A stretch of DNA of 64,000 nt from Verrucomicrobiota bacterium (GTDB taxonomy: Bacteria; Verrucomicrobiota; Verrucomicrobiia; Opitutales; Cerasicoccaceae). The stretch spans positions 64,001 to 128,000 of the forward strand of contig JBCBUK010000005.1 of NCBI GenBank assembly GCA_039818205.1, written 5' to 3'. A program made the position numbers and the translations under genes. Position 1 is the first letter of the stretch; the number at the start of each line of letters is the position of its first letter. Below the pieces are notes generated by a model, which was given only the letters and a program-made list of their open reading frames with translations, had not been told where the DNA came from and ran no database searches. This document shows, piece by piece, positions 57,425 to 64,000 of this stretch.

Positions 57425-58240
57425 CTAGCTGGCAGATTCCGGCAGCTGCGCCAGCTGTTCGCTATCGCGATTATCCGACTGATACCATGCGTAGAAGCAC
57501 CAGGCCAGCAGACCCAACGAGACACCCATGTTGGTCACCTTCATGATGACACCGCCCAATATCTGGTCCTGTAAGGGGGTTAAATCCGTTACCCGCGGCG
57601 CAAACTCATAAGTCGGATAAAGCACTTGGTCGGATAGCGTCAAGAAGGCGAACACTGGCAATTGACCAACCATCAATGAAAAGAGATAGAGCATTCGGGG
57701 CCCGTAGCCAATTGTCGGAACGAGCTTGGAGGGGCTGATTATCGGCCACCACATCATGACTGCCGGAATAAACATGCACCAATGCTCCAGGACGTGAGCC
57801 CACTTTTCTTGGAGCGCCAGCTCGTAGAGGGTCGGGATATGCCAAACCGTATAGGAGAGGTTAAAAGTCAGCCAGGCTACAAAGGGATTCGCCAGAAATT
57901 TAGCGATTCGGCGCACCGATTGCGGTTTCAGCAGCCAATCCACCAACCATTCCGGCAAGCCGCGGATCAACATGGGCGGCACCAGGTACACCAGCAACAT
58001 GTGTTGGAGCATGTGGGCACTAAACAGAAAATCCTCGCCCCACTGGTCCAGCGGTGAGCCAACCGTCAAATACGCCGCCAGCAAACCGCCATAGAACAAC
58101 AGGGCTTTGCGTGGCGAGTAAGTAGCCCCGGGGGCAATCTTGTCCCGGTAGGGCCCAACCGCCAAGGCATACAACCAACCCGCTCCAATGAGTATGAGGA
58201 GCAACAACGGTTCGGTGTGCCAATGTAACGGAATAGGCAT
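57425..58240 (-). CDS. ctaG: Cytochrome c oxidase assembly protein (caa3-type CtaG)
   Basis: SPLD...LFSAHMLQHMLL...WHIP.LY...H..EH...WWP...DQ.LGG.IMK. Confidence 0.9.
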   Translation of the reverse strand: MPIPLHWHTEPLLLLILIGAGWLYALAVGPYRDKIAPGATYSPRKALLFYGGLLAAYLTVGSPLDQWGEDFLFSAHMLQHMLLVYLVPPMLIRGLPEWLVDWLLKPQSVRRIAKFLANPFVAWLTFNLSYTVWHIPTLYELALQEKWAHVLEHWCMFIPAVMMWWPIISPSKLVPTIGYGPRMLYLFSLMVGQLPVFAFLTLSDQVLYPTYEFAPRVTDLTPLQDQILGGVIMKVTNMGVSLGLLAWCFYAWYQSDNRDSEQLAQLPESAS

Positions 58241-58279
58241 GAGCGCAAAAACTAACGTTCAGCCCGAATCTGCCTCACG

Positions 58280-59095
58280 TCAAAAGACTTTTTCAAATAG
58301 AATGTAGATCGTAAGGGGCAAAAAAAGTATTAGCGAAGAAATGGAGAGCACGAGCCGCTTCCAGGCGCGAATTAGGTTGTCGAGATAGAGCTTAATTGCC
58401 CCGATGAGTGCCTTCTGGGAAACTCTGCGGGCAAGATCGAGATTAATAGCATCATGGCCTTGGTCCTTGAGCTCTTTGAGCAAGCGATCTTCCAGCAAGA
58501 AACGTAGAAACCTAATTACCAACGACATACACCGCTTCACAATCCAAGCTCCGATCGAAAAGAAGCCTCGTTTCCCACGTTTCACGTTTTGCTCAAGTTT
58601 TGAAATAACCGATTCAATCGAGTCCGTAAATCGATCGAACGGAATACCGTCGCGGCCAAACTCTACTTCAGATAAGATAGCATCGATCATGGGATCGATA
58701 CACTCGTGTATTTTCTCCTCCATGTTGGTCAAAGCCAGAAGAACCCGCGTAGACCCAAAGTATACGAAACCAGCAATACTACCAAGTAGCGTGTAAGGCA
58801 GCGCGGCGATCAAGATGATGGCCCATCCAATAAACTCGATCCAGCCATGTGGACTGGTAACCAACCAACCCAGCAGCCACAATCCCATCAAAATTGCCAA
58901 AAAGGCATAAACAAATGCTCCCAACAATGCGCCAGCCCCGGAGAATAACGCGACAGGAAGCCCCAGCTCCCGTCCAAGGTATTTCAAGATTCCCCATAAC
59001 GAAATCTTTGGAAAGACCATTGGTTTCTCCATCAGGTCCTCAACTCTGATTGGACTGAAACTCGTTGAATCGTTTTCGTTCGAATGGTCTGCCAT
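58280..59095 (-). CDS. Hypothetical membrane protein
   Basis: 271-aa ORF with several hydrophobic segments. Confidence 0.6.
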   Translation of the reverse strand: MADHSNENDSTSFSPIRVEDLMEKPMVFPKISLWGILKYLGRELGLPVALFSGAGALLGAFVYAFLAILMGLWLLGWLVTSPHGWIEFIGWAIILIAALPYTLLGSIAGFVYFGSTRVLLALTNMEEKIHECIDPMIDAILSEVEFGRDGIPFDRFTDSIESVISKLEQNVKRGKRGFFSIGAWIVKRCMSLVIRFLRFLLEDRLLKELKDQGHDAINLDLARRVSQKALIGAIKLYLDNLIRAWKRLVLSISSLILFLPLTIYILFEKVF

Positions 59096-59214
59096 TGGAG
59101 CGAAAAGCTAACGACATCAATTCGTATTTCAATCGAATACATCTCTGGCCAAAGCATTCGCTAAACTCAACGATTGAAACCGCCGAAGAAACTTTTTCCT
59201 AGGGGCGGCGTTCT

Positions 59215-60753
59215 ATGGATATGCCTAAGTGGAACCCATCAGTTGCATGCCTCTTTGTTGGACTGGCCTGCCTAACAAACGTGGACGCGGCGAAGGTCTT
59301 GCTTATTATCGCCGATGACCTGGGCCGAGACAGTCTCGCGGTCTACAATGATGAACCAAGCGCCTCAATCCCTCCAACCCCGGCAATTGATTCGCTAGCT
59401 GCAAACGGCATACTGTTCAACCGTGCCTATGCCTATGGAACCTGCTCTCCAACCCGAGCCTCAATCCTAACTGGACGCTACGACTTTCGAACGGGCGTTG
59501 ATCGGCCGGAAGGTCCCGACCTAAAGGCCAACGAATTTACGCTAGCGGAGGCAATCGTCGAATCCGGTGTAATTGGTAGCCGCCTTGCCCAGATTGGCAA
59601 ATGGCACCTCGGAAGCGATCCGGATGCACCCAACGATCACGGTGGCTGGCCCCACTACGCAGGTATGCTGGGCGGAGGTGTCCCCAACTACTACAGCTGG
59701 ACCAAGACCGTCAATGGAACCAATACCAGCCGCTATACCGTGTACACCACCACGGATATCGTGGACGATGCGATCGACTGGATTGAAGATCAGGGAACCG
59801 AGGATTGGTTTCTGTGGGTCGCATTCAATGCGCCACACAGTCCGTTCCACCTGCCACCCAATGATCTTCATGACTACGACCACTTAGATGGCAGCGATGC
59901 CGATGTCGCCGCAAATCCACGCCCCTACTACGAAGCAATGGTCCAGGCAATGGATACCGAAATCTCCCGGCTTTTGGAAAGCATCGATCTTGCGGACACC
60001 ACAGTCATATTCATGGGCGACAACGGCACGCCCGGCCAAGTCGTTCAGTATCCCTTCGTCCGGGGGCACGCGAAAGGCTCCCTGTATGAAGGCGGAGTCA
60101 ATATCCCGCTGATTATTGCGGGACAGAGCATACCCCCTTCACTCGAGGGCAGCATCAATCAATCGATTGTCCATAGTGTGGATCTATATCGAACCATCCT
60201 TGATTTGTTCGGTGTGGATCCCGGGGTCCTGCCTCAAGAGCTAGCCTTTGATTCCCGTTCGTTCCATGCGGTGCTCACGGGTGCTAGCGATTCCCACACT
60301 CGCACGTTTGCTTATTCGAGCAAACCCGGGTCGGCGGGTGGAGCGGACACGATGCTCGTCAACGCCGACCACAAATGGATAGTGGTCGATGGTGGTGCAC
60401 AAGAATTCTACACACTTGCCGATGGCTTGGAGGAAGACACAGACTATTGGGGTGCACTTGACCAAGCACAGTTTGCATCCTATCAGCTTTTTCTTCAAGA
60501 GACTGAATCACTGCAAAACATACCGGAGATTTTTGAGACCTATCTGGATGATCAAAACCAATTCACACTTGAGCTAGGTTGGTTTGCCAACGCCCAGCTC
60601 ACACTACAAACTCGGTCCCACCTATTCGCGGGCGATTGGGAAGAGGTCGCGAGTTTCACGATGAGTGACGACAGCGGAAGCGTCTACTACCTCAGGGACA
60701 ATGCACCGTTCTCCGGAACCCAATTTTACCGAGTTGTGATAGACGAGATCTAG
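59215..60753 (+). CDS. Secreted sulfatase with a C-terminal FYRV-type tail
   Basis: LLIIADDLG, CSPTRAS, GKWHLG, NAPHSPFH, GDNG, KGSLYEGG; ends ...QFYRVVIDEI. Confidence 0.93.
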   Translation: MDMPKWNPSVACLFVGLACLTNVDAAKVLLIIADDLGRDSLAVYNDEPSASIPPTPAIDSLAANGILFNRAYAYGTCSPTRASILTGRYDFRTGVDRPEGPDLKANEFTLAEAIVESGVIGSRLAQIGKWHLGSDPDAPNDHGGWPHYAGMLGGGVPNYYSWTKTVNGTNTSRYTVYTTTDIVDDAIDWIEDQGTEDWFLWVAFNAPHSPFHLPPNDLHDYDHLDGSDADVAANPRPYYEAMVQAMDTEISRLLESIDLADTTVIFMGDNGTPGQVVQYPFVRGHAKGSLYEGGVNIPLIIAGQSIPPSLEGSINQSIVHSVDLYRTILDLFGVDPGVLPQELAFDSRSFHAVLTGASDSHTRTFAYSSKPGSAGGADTMLVNADHKWIVVDGGAQEFYTLADGLEEDTDYWGALDQAQFASYQLFLQETESLQNIPEIFETYLDDQNQFTLELGWFANAQLTLQTRSHLFAGDWEEVASFTMSDDSGSVYYLRDNAPFSGTQFYRVVIDEI

Positions 60754-60759
60754 GGACAG

Positions 60760-62301
60760 CTACTGCTCTTCGGGCGGAGGCATCTCCACCCCCTCCTTAG
60801 CTTGCCGCCAGAGGTATTTTCCGAAGGCTTTCATGACGAAGTAGTGAACCACCGCTTGAGAGCATTCATAAATCCACCAGGGCAGACGGGGCGCAAAGCC
60901 GTGGATTGCCGCGATCAAACAATAGTTCTCGGGGAAAATCCGAAATTCAAAGCGGCCGGGTGGATCCACTTTGCGGGCTAATACACCGCCCGAAATGTAG
61001 AACGCGCGGCGGCGCCCACCCCCGCGACTGAAGGGCGTTGGCGTAAGCTCAAGCAACTTCAAACGCATCGTGCCGATACCGATCGTGAAGCGGATGACGT
61101 TGCCCTCATCGCGAAACACCGAAATAAGCGAACTGGATTTGTCGGTGAGCCATTGGCCATACACTTTCGCAATATAGGGCGCGTCCCAGCCTGGCGGCAA
61201 CGGCATCCGCTGAACCGACCGTACCCGGCTATCCTTTTTGATCAAACGGGAATCTCGCTTCTGGGTAAAGCTACGTGGATTGGGCAAGGGTTGCCCATGG
61301 ATGTCGACGGAGCTCAACAGCGAGTCATCAAAACTAATCGCATTGGGCTTTATCTCCTCCAACAAAGGATTGTTCTCGGCATGCAGGCTGTGGCGCAAAC
61401 TTTCCAGCAATGGGCTAACCAACTGCGACGATACGCCACTCAGCTTAGCTACCCACAGGCGCGATACCGAAAACCAGTTGATCGGCAGATCGATTACTCG
61501 TGGTGATCGATCGAGCAGCTTTGCCGTGCGCAAAATCATCGTTCGGTAGGTCATGGGCTGGTGCCCGCCGAGATCGTACGTCTTGCCCCAATACTCCGGA
61601 TGATCCAGCACAATCGAAAACGCCCGAATTGCGTCTCGGATGTCGATCGATTGCGTTTCAGAATTCGTCCATTGGGGCATCAACATGATCGGTAGCCGGC
61701 GCACGAGGTTTATCAGGATTCTAAGCGATGACCCGCCTGGACCAATGATCAACCCAGCGCGCAGAACGGTAACCGGCAGACTTCGACTCCGCAGCACATG
61801 CTCGACCTCCATGCGGCTACGCAGATGAGGAGACAGGTGATCATCATTAGGAATTAACCCGCCCAAGTAGATGATGTGCTTAACCCCGGCGGCCTCCGCC
61901 GCGCGCACAAAATTATCCGCCAAAAGCAGGTCCAGGTCTTCGAACTTCGCTTGAACCAGACGGCTCGACGGCAACATGGAATGAACCAGATAAATCGCAT
62001 AATCCGCGCCCTCCATGGCGGACTCAACTTTGGGCAACGAGTAGAGGTCGCAGAGACGCCACTCGGTGTTGTCACGCAGAACGTCCCGCTCCACAATAGC
62101 CTCAGACCGGGTCAGCGCCCGCCAGCGAAAGCGACCCGCCAGGGCGACTCGCAAACTGGCTCCAACAAACCCACTAGCCCCAGCAATGACGACCACCGGA
62201 TGCTTCCGCCCCGCTGGCAACGGCTGGGCATGCGCCTCCGGCGAGTAGTCTTGAACTACCTGGCGCGCTTGCTGTTCCTGCGCAGTTGTGGGCTCAGCCA
62301 T
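60760..62301 (-). CDS. NAD(P)-binding atypical SDR (YbjT-like)
   Basis: IAGASGFVG, YLVHSM, IIYLGGL, SPHLRSRMEVE, LRAGLIIGPGGSS. Confidence 0.88.
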   Translation of the reverse strand: MAEPTTAQEQQARQVVQDYSPEAHAQPLPAGRKHPVVVIAGASGFVGASLRVALAGRFRWRALTRSEAIVERDVLRDNTEWRLCDLYSLPKVESAMEGADYAIYLVHSMLPSSRLVQAKFEDLDLLLADNFVRAAEAAGVKHIIYLGGLIPNDDHLSPHLRSRMEVEHVLRSRSLPVTVLRAGLIIGPGGSSLRILINLVRRLPIMLMPQWTNSETQSIDIRDAIRAFSIVLDHPEYWGKTYDLGGHQPMTYRTMILRTAKLLDRSPRVIDLPINWFSVSRLWVAKLSGVSSQLVSPLLESLRHSLHAENNPLLEEIKPNAISFDDSLLSSVDIHGQPLPNPRSFTQKRDSRLIKKDSRVRSVQRMPLPPGWDAPYIAKVYGQWLTDKSSSLISVFRDEGNVIRFTIGIGTMRLKLLELTPTPFSRGGGRRRAFYISGGVLARKVDPPGRFEFRIFPENYCLIAAIHGFAPRLPWWIYECSQAVVHYFVMKAFGKYLWRQAKEGVEMPPPEEQ

Positions 62302-62479
62302 ACTTCAAAGCTAATCGATCCGCGAACCGGGTCAATGCGTTAGCCACAAGTCTTTGTGCCAATATCGTGTAAATGATAATGAACGCTGATTCAGCCAATA
62401 GTTCTGCTTTTTGAAATGACTTCGTGGGAATCGCTGCTTGAATTTCGGCGCAGATCTGGCTTCATCACTCCTCCTTGCC

Positions 62480-63109
62480 ATGAAAACCATTTTAATCATC
62501 GGCGGCCTCCTGGTCGCTCTCCTCAATTTGCTGGCGATGGTGCCATCGCTCGAAAATGTCGCCCTTGCCTTGAATGCCCTGTCAATCGTTGCCGGAGCAG
62601 GAATCGCAGTGGCTGCGACAAAGTGGCCTTCGGAAACCGCTACCGCAGAGCCGGCCGAACCCGAGCCCAAGCCGGAGCCCGTGGAGGCAGCACCACCCCC
62701 CGCTGCTGTCGCCAAGGAGCCCGACCATGGTGAACTCCTCCAGCTACTGGCCCAACTTCAGGAAAAGGGACGCTTTGTCGATTTCGTGATGGACGACGTC
62801 GCGAGCTATTCCGACCAGCAAGTGGGTGCCGCGGCACGCGTCGTTCATCAAGGCTGTCAGACGGTGCTCAAAGAATCCCTGAGCATCGTGCCGGTAACCG
62901 ACAAGACCGAGAACGCCGCCATCACCCTAGAGCCCGGATATGCCGTTAGCGACTATCGTTTGGTCGGCAAGGTCCAGGGTGAGCCTCCGTACAATGGTCT
63001 TCTAGTCCACAAGGGCTGGAAGGTAACCGACTTCAAGCTGCCCAAGCTGAGCTTGACCGAAGGTGCTCCCCTCCCACCGATTGCGCCCGCGCAAGTCGAA
63101 CTCAAATAA
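62480..63109 (+). CDS. DUF2760 domain protein
   Basis: LQLLAQLQEKGRFVDF...YSDQQVGAAARVVHQGC...G.LVHKGW...PAQVEL; typically found next to Hsp70-like genes. Confidence 0.85.
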   Translation: MKTILIIGGLLVALLNLLAMVPSLENVALALNALSIVAGAGIAVAATKWPSETATAEPAEPEPKPEPVEAAPPPAAVAKEPDHGELLQLLAQLQEKGRFVDFVMDDVASYSDQQVGAAARVVHQGCQTVLKESLSIVPVTDKTENAAITLEPGYAVSDYRLVGKVQGEPPYNGLLVHKGWKVTDFKLPKLSLTEGAPLPPIAPAQVELK

Positions 63110-63161
63110 ATCGATCTCAGTTGCCCGTATCTCCCGCGAAACCCCGCAACCCATTCTTGCC

Positions 63162-64000
63162 ATGGATTCGCTAAAATATTGCCTGGGTATTGACCTTGGA
63201 ACCAGCAACTCGGCCCTCACGCTTGCCTCAGTTGAGGATCGTGAGCTGACCGTGCTTCCCATCAAACAAGCCTTCGGGCCAAACAGCGTCGGCGAGCAGT
63301 CCGGCTTACCATCCGCGCTTTACCTTCCCGCCGAAAACGAGTTCGAAGCTGGGGCTTTCGAAACGCCGGGAGTCGATCCCGCCCAACCAGGCTTTGTTGG
63401 ACGGTTTGCTCGCGACCATGGAGCCCAGTCCCCCGACCGCCTAGTAAGCTCCGCCAAGAGCTGGCTGTGCCACGGGCAAGTCGATCACCGGCAAGCAATT
63501 CTGCCCTGGGGCTCAACCGTAATTCCGACCGAAGAAAAGCTTTCGCCGTTGGCAGCAACCCAACGTTATTTGGAAGTACTCAAAGCAAGCTTTGCATCAC
63601 AGAGCCAACTTGAGGGAGCAAACAGTGAGAACACGCAGGTCGTCTTAACGGTACCAGCTTCCTTTGATGAAGTCGCTCGACATTTGACCCTGGAAGCCGC
63701 CCAAGCCGTTGGCATGGGAGAGGTCATATTGATGGAGGAACCACAGGCGGCGTTCTATGCTTGGCTGGATAAAATGGGCGGCAATTGGCGCGAACACGTT
63801 TCGCCTGGCGACATCATTCTCGTTTGCGATGTGGGCGGCGGTACGTCAGATTTCTCGTTGATCGTGGTTTCGGACGATGGCGGCAATCTGCAACTGGAAC
63901 GGGTCAGCGTTGGCGAGCACATCTTGCTCGGTGGCGACAATCTCGACCTTGCCTTGGCCTATGCCCTACGTGCGCAGATGGAAGCCGAAGGTTCATCAAT
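63162..64000 (+). CDS. Hsp70-family (DnaK-like) protein, runs off the window edge
   Basis: MDSLKYCLGIDLGTSNS, SSAKSWL, LTVPASFDEVAR, EEPQAAFY, CDVGGGTSDF, LLGGDNLD. Confidence 0.93.
   Translation, partial: MDSLKYCLGIDLGTSNSALTLASVEDRELTVLPIKQAFGPNSVGEQSGLPSALYLPAENEFEAGAFETPGVDPAQPGFVGRFARDHGAQSPDRLVSSAKSWLCHGQVDHRQAILPWGSTVIPTEEKLSPLAATQRYLEVLKASFASQSQLEGANSENTQVVLTVPASFDEVARHLTLEAAQAVGMGEVILMEEPQAAFYAWLDKMGGNWREHVSPGDIILVCDVGGGTSDFSLIVVSDDGGNLQLERVSVGEHILLGGDNLDLALAYALRAQMEAEGSS

Overview
Bacterial chromosomal window, most likely from a Verrucomicrobiota (Opitutales/Puniceicoccaceae-like) genome. This is inferred from the PEP-CTERM proteins, the multiple Cys-type sulfatases and the gene repertoire. 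Core-like genes lie at both ends. The left end holds an adenosine deaminase, a hybrid histidine kinase and arnC. The right end holds gluQ, a CDF exporter, polX, arnA/arnD, phoD, an ECF sigma operon, an SLC13 permease, ctaG and an Hsp70-like gene. The main accessory region starts at a tRNA-Arg(CCG) at 10952. It carries a decayed tyrosine-integrase island with a truncated integrase, an HNH gene and an attR at 15559. Inside the island is an integron gene-cassette array with five attC sites and no IntI in the window (CALIN-like). The cassettes encode a DUF6882-like protein, a TIR-domain putative defence protein, a hypothetical protein and a HAD hydrolase. Next comes an 11.5 kb LysR/pirin/amidohydrolase/YcaC/DoxX/MFS/alginate-export module bounded by tRNA-Ala-like direct repeats. 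It ends at an inverted, mosaic third copy of the tRNA-Arg att/integrase leader. Other oddities are a probable solo cassette (a VOC gene), a circularly permuted Ser-less acyl carrier protein and a pseudokinase-PEGA-FGE protein. All calls come from reading the sequence and recalling motifs; no searches were run.
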